A DNA stretch of 63,701 bases, filler included, from Octopus bimaculoides (taxonomy: Eukaryota), in the NCBI RefSeq assembly GCF_001194135.2. It is 6 parts of 6 records of this genome, joined end to end, with 100 filler letters (N's around TTAATTAATTAA, not from the genome) between each part and the next. Parts side by side here need not be neighbours in the genome. Positions count along the whole stretch, not along the records: positions 60,231 to 63,701 come from NC_068984.1; 5 more parts are not named here. One strand, given 5' to 3'. Under the pieces are notes generated by a model. It ran no database searches. It saw only the letters and a program-made list of their open reading frames with translations, and was not told where the DNA came from. The translations under genes and the position numbers were made by a program. Numbering within the stretch: position 1 is the stretch's first letter; the number at the start of each line of letters is the position of its first letter. Shown in pieces: positions 63,523-63,701 of this stretch.

Positions 63523-63701
63523 ATGGAGAGCTACGCCAAGGCCACTGCGGTGAGGAAGCCAGTGCCGCTGGAAACCAAGTTAATCAAGTTGGATATGGAG
63601 GAGGTGACCAGAAGCATGAATTTGATAGAAGTTGAGGGAGACTCGTACAAATTATGTCCCCCAAAAGAGACTAAAGAAAATAAAATTCTGAGGACAGTAG
63701 T
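63523..63701 (+). mobile_element. Probable LINE ORF1 start (open to the window end)
   Basis: MESYAKATAVRKPVPLETKLIKLDMEEVTRSMNLIEVEGDSYKLCPPKETKENKILRTV. An SYA-x-A start is common in LINE ORF1/gag-like proteins. It is preceded by a UTR-like stretch that interrupts a family-B SINE (about 63323-63380). Confidence 0.45.

Overview
AT-rich, microsatellite-dense eukaryotic DNA. The repeat families resemble those of octopus/cephalopod genomes, but this is an inference. The window is probably not one contiguous locus: five identical 100-nt spacers (44 N + TTAATTAATTAA + 44 N) divide it into six segments (1-12925, 13026-23845, 23946-39516, 39617-56391, 56492-60130, 60231-63701). The only well-supported host gene is the 5' end of a divergent TBK1/IKK-epsilon-like kinase on the + strand, with coding exons at 33708-33788 and 38880-39011; it is cut off by a spacer. 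The rest is mostly decayed mobile DNA: Helitrons, mariner/Tc1/pogo transposons and MITEs, a solo LTR, RTE, R4/Dong, Tx1-like and CR1-like LINEs, Penelope-like remnants and three tRNA-SINE families. The most interesting signal is a set of about eight minimal type-I hammerhead-ribozyme motifs in at least three sequence families, each with a palindromic stem III. One sits in an element with a tRNA-like Pol III head, and one has a stem II of about 115 nt. Most long ORFs in the supplied track are artefacts of N-gaps or microsatellites.
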